The notes beneath the pieces were generated by a model. That model was not told the origin of the DNA, searched no databases, and saw only the letters and a list, made by a program, of their open reading frames with translations. From assembly GCA_002269645.1 (NCBI GenBank), contig NIVC01001647.1, positions 1 to 64,000 on the forward strand: a DNA stretch of 64,000 nucleotides. The letters run 5' to 3'. The DNA is from Macrostomum lignano. Its lineage: Eukaryota. Position numbers and translations under genes: made by a program. This document shows, piece by piece, positions 1-11,910 of the stretch. How positions within the stretch are numbered: position 1 is the first letter of the stretch; each line of letters starts with the position of its first letter.

Positions 1-99
1 TGTTTGGGAGGCTGCTAGTAGGGACAGGGAGAAAGGGAGAGTGAAAGGGAATGCTGTAGAGGACAGCGGAAGAGATGAGGGACGAGAGGAGAAAAGGAA

Positions 100-1130
100 T
101 AGGAGAAATCGGAGGAGAGAGAAGAGAGGGACAGGAGAGGGAGAGAGGAGAGGGAGAGAGGAGAGGGAGAGAGGAGAGGGAGAGGAGAGGGAGAGAGGAG
201 AGGGAGAGGATGAGGGGGAGAGGAGAGGGAGAGAGGAGAGGGAGAGGATGAGGGGAGAGGAGAGGGAGAGAGGAGAGGGAGAGGATGAGGGGGAGAGGAG
301 AGGGAGAGGATGAGGGGGAGAGACAGGAGAGGGAGAGGATGAGGGGAGAGGAGAGGGAGAGAGGAGAGGAGAGGATGAGGGGAGAGGAGAGGGAGAGGAG
401 AGGAGAGGAGAGGAGAGGAGAGGAGAGGAGAGGAGAGGATAGGAGAGGAGAGGAGAGGATGAGGGGGAGAGGAGAGGGAGAGGATGAGGGGAGAGACAGA
501 GAGAGAGGAGAGGAGAGGGAGAGGATGAGGGGGAGAGGAGAGGGAGAGGATGAGGGGAGAGACAGGAGAGAGGAGAGGAGAGGGAGAGGATGAGGGGGAG
601 AGGAGAGGGAGAGGATGAGGGGAGAGGAGAGGAGAGGATGAGGGGAGAGACAGGAGAGAGGAGAGGAGAGGGAGAGGATGAGGGGGAGAGGAGAGGGAGA
701 GGATGAGGGGGAGAGACAGGAGAGAGGAGAGGAGAGGGAGAGGATGAGGGGGAGAGGAGAGGGAGAGGATGAGGGGGAGAGGAGAGGGAGAGGATGAGGG
801 GAGAGACAGGAGAGAGGAGAGGAGAGGGAGAGGATGAGGGGGAGAGGAGAGGGAGAGAGAGAGGAGAGAGGAGAGGGAGGAGAGGATGAGGGGGAGAGGA
901 GAGGGAGAGGATGAGGGGGAGAGACAGGAGAGGGAGAGGATGAGGGGGAGAGGAGAGGGAGAGGATGAGGGGGAGAGACAGGAGGGGGAGAGGAGAGGGA
1001 GAGAGGAGAGGGAGAGGATGAGGGGGAGAGACAGGAGAGGGAGAGGATGAGAGGGAGAGAGAGAGAGAAAGAGGAGGAAGAGGGACAGACAGTGGTAGAG
1101 GAGCAGGGAGGAGAGGGAGAGCACACAGAG
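100..1130. repeat. GA-rich low-complexity tandem repeat (GGAGAGGAGAGGGAGAGGATGAGGG-like)
   Basis: Almost purine-only, repeating GGAGA/GATGAGGG words; the overlapping ORFs are only Leu/Ser/Pro or Glu/Arg/Gly runs. Confidence 0.95.
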
Positions 1131-1780
1131 AGACACATCCTGTGGGAAGGTGTGCTGAAGAAGCTGAAGGAACAGCACAGTTGACTAACTAAGTCACTTT
1201 TCAACTTCCGCCCCTCCCCGAGAGAATGTCAACCTAAATTCAGATTACACCAAAATCAATAAAAATACCGCAGAGCGCTATAGAAATTCTAAGTTTGCAC
1301 TTAATTCAGCGTTGGTCTTGGCAGTCAGCGGTCGCACTTTGTTGTGAATTTGTATAGTCTACGGCATCGATTAGCCGCTGGAGAAGTTCGATAAAGATAA
1401 GACAGCAAAGGGCGCAAGTAGGATCTAAATTATATATTTATATTATTATACATGTCGCTTAATTATCAGACTTAGTGTGAGATGTGATCTTAAAGTACTT
1501 CACATATTTGGTAGGCAATACGCAATTTTTAGCGGTTAGTTGCACTTATTTGAACCTTTTAACATACCTCCTGTCAGCGCATTTTTTATGTATCCACCAA
1601 CTTTCGCGTTGATGACCAAGCTAACTTATCCAAGTATGGTCCTTGTAAGTGCACCTTCTTCCCAAACCTTTATAAGCTGTTTACGTCATTATGGGATTCC
1701 TATGTGCAAATTTCATATAGAACTTCCGTGAGGAGTTCTGTTAAAATAAAGGAGACTGAGACAGGGAGAGATATTGGAAT

Positions 1781-2100
1781 GAGAGGGAGACTAGGGTGAG
1801 ATGGCGTAGTGGGGTGAGAGGGAGACTGGGGTGAGATGGCGAGTGGGGTGAGAGGGAGACTGGGTGAGATGGCGTAGTGGGGTGAGAGGGAGACTAGGGT
1901 GAGATGGCGTAGTGGGGTGAGAGGGAGACTAGGGTGAGATGGCGTAGTGGGGTGAGAGGGAGACTGGGGTGAGATGGCGAGTGGGGTGAGAGGGAGACTG
2001 GGTGAGATGGCGTAGTGGGGTGAGAGGGAGACTGGGAGAGATGGCGAGTGGGGTGAGAGGGAGACTGGGGAGAGAGGGAGACTGTGGTGAGAGGGTAACT
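1781..2100. repeat. 34-35 bp minisatellite (GAGAGGGAGACTAGGGTGAGATGGCGTAGTGGGGT), about 9 copies
   Basis: Unit recurs at 1781, 1816 and onward. Confidence 0.9.
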
Positions 2101-2879
2101 GGGGAGGGCGGAGACTGAGAGATATAAAGTGACTCTAATTTAAATAAACATAGAGAAAAGTGACAAGTAGGGTGAACGACAATGAACTCGAGAGAGCACA
2201 GTTTAAAAGGATCTGGTGCATGTATGGTAAATAATTGGTTGGCAGACTTGATTACAGCTTATTTTATTAGGACAAATAAAGTAAGAAGACGCAAAGATAC
2301 CACATGGACACTCGAAGACAGACACAATATGGACGCTCCACACCAAGTAAAAACACAAAAACAAACACGGCATATTAACAAATTTGCGCCATTACATTAA
2401 TCTCCACAAAAAAATGGGACCCAGAACCGCTTTAGTACTTTTATTAACTTGAAATCTAATTTTAATTTTTAATATTAAAACTTGCAAGCGGCTGTTTTTT
2501 ATAAAATAAAAGTACAAGCACAGGCTTGGGTGTCTACAAGCCGGCATTAGGCTGGCTAGAGTGCCACCCCATAGACAACAGTTAGCAAGAAGAAGAGGGA
2601 ACAGTCAACCGCGCACCCCTAGACAAAGCTCGCTGGGCCTGTATCTTTTTCAGCAGTATATAAGCGAGAGCGCAGGAGCGCCTGCAGAGCTAACCCAATA
2701 TTTTGCTTACCAACCGAGTGCATCATCAACATACAAACTCGAGTCCTAGAACAGCAGCAACTCAGCAACTGAGGTCGAGTACACTTTCAGGAGCAACCGA
2801 GTGGAGTCCACACTTAGAAAAAACTGCATCCCGAGTCCATCTGTGCCCGGTAGACGGAGATAGTAAGTCCGCTTGTCTT

Positions 2880-3140
2880 TGTCTCTCCATTCTCCTCTCT
2901 TCCCCTCTACTCTCTCTTGTCTCCCTCTTTCCCCTCCCTCTCCTCTCCTCCCGCTCACTCTTCACTCTTCTTTAACCCTCCCCTTCTCTTCTCCCTCTCC
3001 CCTCCTCACTTCTTACTCTCCCTCTCCTCTCTCTCTCCCTTTTTTCGCTCTTCTCTCAATTCCTCTCCTCTCCGTCTCCCCTCTCTCGCCTTCCAATCCA
3101 CTCTCCATAGCCCTTCGCCTTCTCCACTCTCTCCACGTTT
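2880..3140. repeat. CT-rich low-complexity tract
   Basis: Pyrimidine-rich degenerate (CTCT/CCT) sequence upstream of the Cys-rich gene. Confidence 0.8.
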
Positions 3141-3305
3141 GTCGCTCAAATATGTAAAAAATATTTCAAATTGTATAGCGCATATTTCTCACTATTTCTA
3201 CTTTATATACCCATCCTATATTACATCATAATATTGTCTCGTGGTTCCTTCTCACCTCTGCCTCTGTGTAATTTTTTTTCAAATTGACAGCATTGCGTCG
3301 ACGCT

Positions 3306-4178
3306 ATGGACAACGCTTTTGTACTGCAACTGTGCCTGGCCATTGCGCTGTTTCAACTGCCTGTGTGCAGTGCAGTAACTAAGTGCATTGTTGGTGCTTT
3401 CTCAGGGACAAATTATTCTACTGCCGCGTTTGACGCATTAAAGAGTGCAAAATCTAAAACGTGTCCCACAACGAGTAACGATAAATGCCATACAGTCTAC
3501 ACTTCCGCCAGCGGTCAGTTGGTAAGTGCAGACTAATAAACCAATATTGTATTAAATAGTCCGCTTGGCCATACATTTAACCTAATTTTTTCAGAAAGCA
3601 TTAGAATTCAAATGTGGCGCAACTGCCTGTGGTAATCCAACAAAAACAGACTGCGATAGTTGCGACGTTGATGATTGCAACACTGTAAATGATGTATTTA
3701 ATAAATTCTCATCATGCCCGTATTACGACGGCATAAATCAAACGACGATAACCACGGTTGAAATCTACTGTGTGAAAACACCTCAGAGCTGTAAACGACT
3801 AGATTATAAAGATGGAGTGAGTAATAGGCTGGTATTCTTTTTTCAATTAAAAACTATTTTACCGTTTGAAAAATACGCTGAATTTTTATCTTTCAGACTG
3901 ACGCCAAAGTCTATATTGGCTGCGAATCCGACTGTACGGCTAAGGAAACTGCTGCCACTCCGGCTAATGTGGTTAAAGGATGCACGTCTTGCAAAGGATA
4001 TGATTGCGCGCCCACCACCGCGCCTGCTGTTACGACACCAAATAAAAGTAAAAAAAAAACAGACGATGTCAAAGACTCAAAAGACGATGAAAAGAAGTCG
4101 CAGGACCAGCTGCAGCCGGGACAGCCGATCTTCCTAGCTCTACTAGTGGCTTTTTCACTGTGCTTGGCTCTACTCTAA
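3306..4178 (+). CDS. Secreted, probably GPI-anchored Cys-rich protein with two Ly6/uPAR (three-finger)-like modules, 239 aa, 3 exons
   Basis: Exons 3306-3521, 3595-3816, 3897-4178. Donors GTAAGT and GTGAGT, acceptors TTTTCAG and TTTCAG, both introns phase 0 (73 and 80 nt). N-terminal signal peptide (FVLQLCLAIALFQLPVCSA). Module 1 ends CDSCDVDDCN, module 2 ends CTSCKGYDC, followed by a Thr/Lys/Asp stalk and a hydrophobic C-terminus (IFLALLVAFSLCLALL). The fold assignment is inferred from Cys spacing only. Confidence 0.8.
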
Positions 4179-4782
4179 TGGCTGCTCGTCTAAAAAGTTT
4201 GAGTTTAAATCCGCGCATAAAAATAGCGCGAGATAACAAAAAATTTATGTTTTAACTAAAGTGACTATGCTTTCTCGACCCCTGTTAAAATATTTTTCAG
4301 AAAACCTACAATGCGTATAACTACATTCATTCACCGGCTCTTGTTCTGAAAGTGTGCCGATTACAAATAAACATGAAAGGATTTAATTCCTCAAAATACT
4401 GTACACTCAAAAATAAAAGAATTTAAGTCTATCTAATTTTTTCTAAAATGATAAATAGCTTAAGCTTAAGGGACTCGTTCCCTTCACAAATTCAAAAATA
4501 AATGGATCGCGTTTACCATAGACAATTTTCAAACGATCAATAGAAGCTATAAGCTAGCCGATTCATCCCCTGATGTGTAAAGGCCTGCATAATGGAAATT
4601 AAATCCGGCAATTAGTTAAGAGATCTGACTAAGAGTTAAGAGAATCGCTTTAATGTCGTACTTCTCTTCTAACCACAAACAGTCGATGACGAATTAGTCA
4701 AAGAATATGCATAAAATAAAGCGATAAAACGAGGGTTTTAGGAGGGCTAGCATGTAGCTCACTGAAATAAATTCAAGAATTC

Positions 4783-5650
4783 CCCTCCATCCACCCTCTT
4801 CCCTCTATCCATACTCTCTCCCCTCTATCCACCCTCTCCCCTCTATCCACCCTCTCCCCTCTATCCACGGCCTCTCCCCTCTATCCACGGCCTCTCCCCT
4901 TTATCCAACCTCTTCCCTTTATCCACCCTCTCTCCTATCCACGGCCTCTCCCCTCTATCCACCCTCTCCCCTCTATCCACCCTCTCCCCTCTATCCACGG
5001 CCTCTCCCCTCTATCCACCCACTCCCCTCTATCCACCCTCTTCCCTCTATCCACCCTCTCTCCTATCCACGGCCTCTCCCCTCTATCCACCCTCTCCCCT
5101 CTATCCACCCTCTCCCCTCTATCCACCCACTCCCCTCTATCCACCCTCTCCCCTCTATCCACGGCCTCTCCCCTTTATCCACCCTCTTCCCTCTATCCAC
5201 CCTCTCCTATCCACGGCCTCTCCCCTCTATCCACCCTCTCCCCTCTATCCACGGCCTCTCCCCTTTATCCACCCTCCCACGGTCTCACCTCTATCCACCC
5301 TCCCACGGTCTCACCTCTATCCACCCTCCCACGGTCTCACCTCTATCCACCCTACCACGGTCTCACCTCTATCCACCCTAACACGGTCTCACCTCTATCC
5401 ACCCTACCACGGTCTCACCTCTATCCACCCTCCCACGGTCTCACCTCTATCCACCCTACCACGGTCTCACCTCTATCCACCCTCCCACGGTCTCACCTCT
5501 ATCCACCCTCCCACGGTCTCACCTCTATCCACCCTACCACGGTCTCACCTCTATCCACCCTCCCACGGTCTCACCTCTATCCACCCTCCACGGTCTCACC
5601 TCTATCCACCCTCCCACGGTCTCACCTCTATCCACCCTCCCACGGTCTCA
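4783..5650. repeat. Compound minisatellite: 18-bp unit (CCCTCTATCCACCCTCTC), then 26-bp unit (GGTCTCACCTCTATCCACCCTCCCAC)
   Basis: 18-bp period from 4823; 26-bp period from 5281 (about 14 copies). Both share the CTCTATCCACCC core. Confidence 0.95.
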
Positions 5651-6224
5651 GTGCACTTACTTTTTCTCTAGCAATAATCGAACCTAGGCCTCGCATCGAT
5701 TTGCTCTACGCTCGTACTGTTAGTATAGCGTGCGTTGAGTATTTTCCCGAATTTTCCATTCCCGAATGCACATGAATCTTTATTTATCTTAGAGTTTGAA
5801 AGCACCGATATTACATGTCCGTCTGGGAGTGGCTTTTTAAGGCATCAAGCATTTTAGGAAGAAAATAATGTCATCGTGGTGATTCATCATTCGGTTTATG
5901 ATGGCATTATCTGCACATAGGTTTCTCTTCAACCTCTTGACTGGCTGACGACATTTCATATAAATGAAAAAACTGCAGCCCTAAAAGTCGACAATGTTAG
6001 CTTGTACATAAAATTTTACGAGTACATATAATTTCAAGGCAAACTCAACCAGTGTATTTATGCTCTGTGCATTATGCAAAAGATGAGCAGATATTGGACC
6101 TATGGGCCTGCCCCCCTATTTAGTTAACAACAAAATAGACAGAACCGCGAAGACGGCTTTCAAGGCAATATAAGAGGAGAAACTTTGGATTCGATTCGGT
6201 GCATACAGACATACTGTAACTGCA

Positions 6225-6274
6225 TACAGACATACAGACTGACCGACAGACAGACAGCCAGCCAGCCAGTCAGC

Positions 6275-6312
<38 letters not shown>

Positions 6313-6330
6313 CACAGACAGACAGACAGA
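6225..6330. repeat. (GACA)n-type microsatellite
   Basis: Direct reading of gacagacagaca runs. Confidence 0.9.
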
Positions 6331-6533
6331 GCAGAAGCAGCTGGCCAGTCAGAGAAGCCGTAGTGCACACCTATGCATGTACATGTAAGACTATTTGAAA
6401 TAATCGCTTCCTATTTCTCTAAGTTTGGTTTACACGCAGAAGATATCAGCTTGTACCCGTGGTAGCATGCATTGTACATCGGGCAGTACAATTCAACCAA
6501 TTGAGAACACTACACGCGAGCAGCACGGTGCGG

Positions 6534-9500
6534 TTAATTTCCCTGTTGGCCATGTTGATTTCCGGTATGGCGCCATTTATGACTTTGGTTGCCATGGCTA
6601 CTATGATGACTTCGGTTGCCATGGCTACTATGATGACTTCGGTTGCCATGGCTACTATGATGACGGTGGTTGCCATGGCTACCATGATGACTTTGGTTGC
6701 CATGGCTACCGTGACGACTTTGGTTGCCATGGCTACTATGATGACTTTGGTTGCCATGGCTACCGTGACGACTTTGGTTGCCATGGCTACCATGATGAGT
6801 TTGGTTGCCATGGCTACCATGATGACTTTGACCCTGGTAATTGGGGCCAAAATAGTTGCCATACGAATCGTAATAACCAAAATTGTATTGAACACCATAG
6901 GGTTGATAGCCATTGTAACCATGGAAACCAGTGATTGCCTTCCGGCGGGACGCGGGATGATCGTACGGTTTTGGACGACTTTGCTTCTGATTCTGCCAAC
7001 TGCCATCGTGGCTGTTGGCGCTCTGCACTGCAGCCCCACCCGCTTCTGCAGCAACTGCGGCTGGCGGGTCGATCGTTGCTCGGGCCTTGGACTGCTGCTG
7101 CGACGCCTGCGTTGAGGTATGGTCGGTTGCCATGGTTACCACTGTTACTATTCTTTATCCTTACTTTTCTCTCTAGCTAGTCTAGCAACTCTGTTGCCTA
7201 GCAGGTAAACAAAGAAAAAAATCTTATGCATATCAAATAAAATCGGTTGCTATGGTTACCTAAGAAAACTGGTTGCTATGGATAACTGAGAGAATCGGCT
7301 GCTATGGTTACCTAAGAAAATTGGTTGCTATGGATAACTGAGAGAATCGGCTGCTATGGTTACCTAAGAAAATTGGTTGCTATGGATAACTCAAAAAATC
7401 GGTTGCTATGGACAACTAATAAAATCGGTTGCTATGGTTACCTAAGAAAATTGGTTACTAAGGTACCTAAAGAATGGTTGCTACGGTGCCTCAGTAAAAT
7501 CGGTTGCCACGGGTATCCAAGAGAATTGGTTGCCTAGGGTTACACCAGGGACAATGTTGCAATGGCTACCAAATGACGCGATTACTTTATTATCACATCA
7601 TTACCCAAAAAAGCCTCCCCATCAACGCCCAGCTTTTACCGCAACGGCACGCAGGTCGGCCAGATAATTCTCCCGCTCAATAGGGAAGCCGCGGGCCTCA
7701 GCAAACGCGGCGATGGCTTTCTCGGCCGGCCAGCCGTCGACGTCGATCAGGTAGCGGCAGATCATGTAGCCGGTGCGGTTCACCCCGTGGGTGCAGTGCA
7801 CAGCTACCACCGAGTCTGGGGGGGGGGTGATTGCAAACTCAGGAATTCCACTCGCGAAATCAATTGCTTTTGAGGAAATTGGCTCGGATGTGGATTCCGT
7901 TAAGATTTTTTTTGCAATAGATTTGGGATTTCCGCTGAGATTCTCTGGGATTTGGGACTTAATCTGAGATTCTCTTTGGGATTTAGGTCTTCCGCTGACA
8001 TTTTCATAAGGGTTTGGGATTTCCGTTGAGATTCTCTTAGGAATTTGGGATTTCCGTTGAGATTCTCTTAGGGATTTGGGATTCCTGTTGGGATTCTCTT
8101 AGGGATTTGGGATTTCCGTTGAGATTCTCTTAGGAATTTGGGATTTCCGTTGAGATTCTCTTAGGGATATGGGATTCCTGTTGGGATTCTCTTAGGGATT
8201 TGGGATTTTCGTTGAGATTCTCTTAGGGATATGGGATTCCTGTTGGGATTCTCTTAGGGATTTGGGATTTCCGTTGAGATTCTTTTAGGGATTTGGGATT
8301 CCTGTTGGGATTCTCTTAGGGATTTGGGATTCCTGTTGGGATTCTCTTAGGGATTTGGGATTTCCGTTGAGATTCTCTCAGGGATTTGGGATTTCCGTTG
8401 AGATTCTCTTAGGGATTTCTCAACGGATTCCCGTTGGCATTTTATGGAGCATGGATTTGCTAAGATACTCGTAGATAACACGGAAAATTACGAGTTTAAC
8501 CCTATAGGAGATATGATTAACAGGAATGGCTTTTACACCGAAACAAAGACCGGTGTATTTTACACGCGAACAAAGACTCACCAGGAGATTCCTGTCTGAA
8601 CTGGTTGACCACGGCTTCGAATCTGGAAGAGGATTATTTTTAAGCAGAGAGGCGGCGTGGAGAAGATGACAAAACGGCGTTCATACGTTGTAGCTTTGAT
8701 TTATTCACCTGCTTATGCACTTTTGGTCAGGGATGTTGTGGCCTTCAACAAAGATTTTCTCGTATTTCACTCCCTGGCTGGTGAATTCCTAGAATTCGAA
8801 AATTTATTTTTTTTGCCAGCCATTGAAACTTCAAACCTCTTAAAATGTTTACAACTACCTCAATCATATGAAAATCCAAAATTTAATCCCCAAAAATCAG
8901 ATTCATAAAAATCCCCATAAAAATCCCCAAAAATAAGATTCATAAAAATCCCCAAAAAATCAGATTCATAAAAATCCCCTAAAAATCAGATCCATAAAAA
9001 TCCCCAAAAAATCAGATCCATAAAAATCCCCTAAAAATCAGATCCATAAAAATCCCCTAAAAAATCAGATCCATAAAGATCCCCTAAAAAATCAGATCCA
9101 TAAAAATCCCCTAAAAATCAGATCCATAAAAATCCCCTAAAAAATCAGATCCATAAAAATCCCCTAAAAATCAGATCCATAAAAATCCCCTAAAAATCAG
9201 ATCCATAAAAATCCCCTAAAAAATCAGATCCATAAAAATCCCCCCAAAAAGCAGATCCATAAAAATCCCCTAAAAAATCAGATCCATAAAAATTCCCCAA
9301 AAATCAGATCCATAAAAATCCCCTAAAAAATCAGATCCATAAAAATCCCCCAAAAAGCAGATCCATAAAAATCCCCTAAAAAATCAGATCCATAAAAATT
9401 CCCCAAAAATCAGATCCATAAAAATCCCCTAAAAAATCAGATCCATAAAAATCCCCCAAAAATCAGATCCATAAAAATCCCCCAAAAATCAGATCCATAA

Positions 9501-10921
9501 AAATTCCCCAAAAATCAGATCCATAAAAATCCCCTTAAGGCAGGTTTACCTGAGGGTTGTAGTACCGAGTAGTGAAAGTGAGATCCACCACCAGTCCCAG
9601 TGGCAGCTTCATCTGTTTGCACCTGTTCATCAGCTCGGACGGGGTGAACTGCTCATGAGCTGGCATTGAGGCAACGTAGCACTGCGAATGCAATACAAAA
9701 TAGTTTTTTTATACAAAGCAATCATTGTGGCTGAGTCAATGTGTTCACCTCATTTTTATTGCTTTTTCAAATATGATAAAGCATAATTGCAACAAAATAA
9801 CTTATTAACTCACCTGTTTGAGTGGCACTTTAACCGCTAGAAAATGTGTGTCAGAGATAATCTCCTTAAACGGGTTATAGGCTTCCCATCTGGAAATTGG
9901 AATTCCGCGGGGGTATTCTTTAAGGGAATTCAAGGAGAATTCTTTAGGGAATTCGGGGGAGAGATTCATAAGGGGAATTCGGGGGAGAGATTCTTAAGGG
10001 AATTCGGGGGAGAGATTCTTAAGGGATTCTGGGGGGAGAGATTCATAAGGGGAATTCGGGGGAGAGATTCTTAAGGGGAATTTGGGGGGAGAGATTCTTA
10101 AGGGGATTCTGGGGGGAGAGATTCTTAAGGGGATTCTGGGGGAGAGATTCTTAAGGGGACTCTGGGGGGAGAGATTCTTAAGGGGAATTCGGGGGGAGAG
10201 ATTCTTAAGGGGAATTCGGGGGAGAGATTCTTAAGGGGATTCTGGGGGAGAGATTCTTAAGGGGATTCTGGGAGAGAGATTCTTAAGGGGAATTCGGGGG
10301 AGAGATTCTTAAGGGAATTCGGGGGGAGAGATTCTTAAGGGGAATTCGGGGGGAGAGATTTTTAAGGGGATTCTGGGGGAGAGATTCTTAAGGGGAATTC
10401 GGGGGGGAGAGATTTATAAGGGGAATTCGGGGGGAGAGATTCTTAAGGGGAATTCGGGGGAGAGATTCATAAGGGGAATTCGGGGGGAGAGATTTATAAG
10501 GGGATTCTGGGGGAGAGATTCTTAAGGGATTCTGGGAGGAGAGATTCTTAAGGGGATTCTGGGAGGAGAGATTCTTAAGGGGAATTCGGGGGGGGAGATT
10601 CTTAAGGGGAATTCGGGGGGGGGAGAGATTCTTAAGGGGAATTCGGGGGAGAGATTCTTAACGGGAATTCGGAGGGAGAGATTCTTAAGGGGAATTCGGG
10701 GGGGGGAGAGATTCTTAAAGGGGAATTCGGGGGGAGAGATTCTTAAGGGGAATTCGGGGGGGGAGAGATTCTTAAGGGGAATTCGGGGGGAGAGATTTTT
10801 AAGGGGAATTCGGGGGGGGGGAGAGATTCATAAGGGGAATTCGGGCAGATTGGTATAGAGAAGGCAGGTGTAAGTTATCAATAGCGCTACGCACTTACCG
10901 ATCTGGTATGCCCCCAGGCAT
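6534..10921 (-). CDS. DUSP11: DUSP11/PIR1-like RNA 5'-triphosphatase (dual-specificity phosphatase family), about 366 aa, 7 exons
   Basis: Exons 10921-10899, 9889-9814, 9681-9550, 8788-8709, 8622-8582, 7815-7640, 7106-6534, all GT-AG with consistent phases. Protein: MPGGIPDRWEAYNP...FLAVKVPLKQ...LGLVVDLTFTTRYYNPQ...KIFVEGHNIPD...VAVHCTHGVNRTGYMICRYLIDVDG...ERENYLADL. The HCTHGxNRTG P-loop and flanks match DUSP11. The last exon is less certain; the unspliced alternative stops at 7622. Confidence 0.9.
7243..7560. repeat. Intronic array of X-box-like words (GGTTGCTATGGTTAC / GGTTGCTATGGATAAC) in DUSP11 intron 6
   Basis: About 10 copies of the GGTTGCTATGG core. Confidence 0.85.
7900..8420. repeat. 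31-bp minisatellite (GGGATTTGGGATTTCCGTTGAGATTCTCTTA) in DUSP11 intron 5
   Basis: Direct periodicity. Confidence 0.9.
8870..9535. repeat. 25-26 bp minisatellite (AAAAATCAGATCCATAAAAATCCCC) in DUSP11 intron 3
   Basis: Direct periodicity. Confidence 0.9.
9915..10850. repeat. 26-29 bp minisatellite (GGGGAATTCGGGGGGAGAGATTCTTAA) in DUSP11 intron 1
   Basis: Direct periodicity with variable G-run lengths. Confidence 0.9.
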
Positions 10922-11269
10922 TGTGCAGCGCTGAACACAGAAAGGCAAATTTTTAATTGTTGAATTTGATGGACACGATGGATAGATATCTATGCAGTGG
11001 CCTCATAAATATATCTACGATCGTATATTAAGTCCTGAATGCAAATCAATTTTAAATAAAAGTCGAAGAAAGGAAGTCAAGTTTTAAATAAATAAATCAA
11101 AGTACCTTTTATTTAGCGTTCCGCATACATCATTGCTAGAGACCTCAATGGTAGTTAAAATAGCAGTGCATAGAGAGATAGAGAAGTGAGAACTAACTAT
11201 TAACCTGTGTTCCGGGATGCATCGAAAATATACTTCAAAGTTAGTTTATTTATATGCCATTCTACTACC

Positions 11270-11700
11270 AGTATAAAAATGGAATATTGTGTCCGTAATT
11301 TGTTCAGTATTAAAAGACTGTTGATACTTTTGATACATATCGCCAAAACGTTGAGAAAACAGTTCCAATAAAAAGTCTATCCAGAAAATCACCCTATTCT
11401 ACTAACAGTATAAGAATGGAATATTTTAGCAACAATAATGAAATGTACAGTATTGAAAAAATGTGTACTTTCGATACATATCGCCTAAACTTTGAGAAAA
11501 CATTGTATTTTTTTCTAATAATCTATCAGAAAATCTGGTAAAAAGTGAATAAAAATGTATCCATAGAAATGAAACTATTCTACAAACAATAATAAAATGG
11601 AATAATTTAGCGAAATTTTAATTTAACGAAAATACAGTACTTTCGATACATATCGCCTAAAAGTTGAGATAACATTTCTATAATTATTTTCACTAATTTA
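11270..11700. repeat. Three diverged copies of an AT-rich unit of about 140-180 bp
   Basis: The core CTTTCGATACATATCGCCTAAA and the word AATGGAATA each recur three times (cores near 11330, 11468, 11640). Confidence 0.65.
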
Positions 11701-11910
11701 TCTAACATATTTTGTAATCTATGAATAAAATATCACTATCTAGAAAAATCTGGCATAGAATAACGGAAACAGAATACGGAATTAGTATAGGCCTACTAAA
11801 AGTAGTCAGTCATAGTTATAAATGTAGAATAAAATATAATCCAGCCGACATGTATAGAAAATTGAATATTTTAAATAGAATCACAATTACAGCAAATCAG
11901 TTTATTAAGA

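Noticed and set aside
5670-5760. tRNA-like GGTTCGATT (B-box) on the - strand
   Set aside because: No cloverleaf or convincing A-box could be formed.
6425-7115. + strand ORFs with DDFGCHGYY or VAMATM repeats as a separate gene
   Set aside because: They are antisense or alternative-frame readings of the DUSP11 last exon, with no supporting splice or start context. The - strand frame joins DUSP11 in phase.
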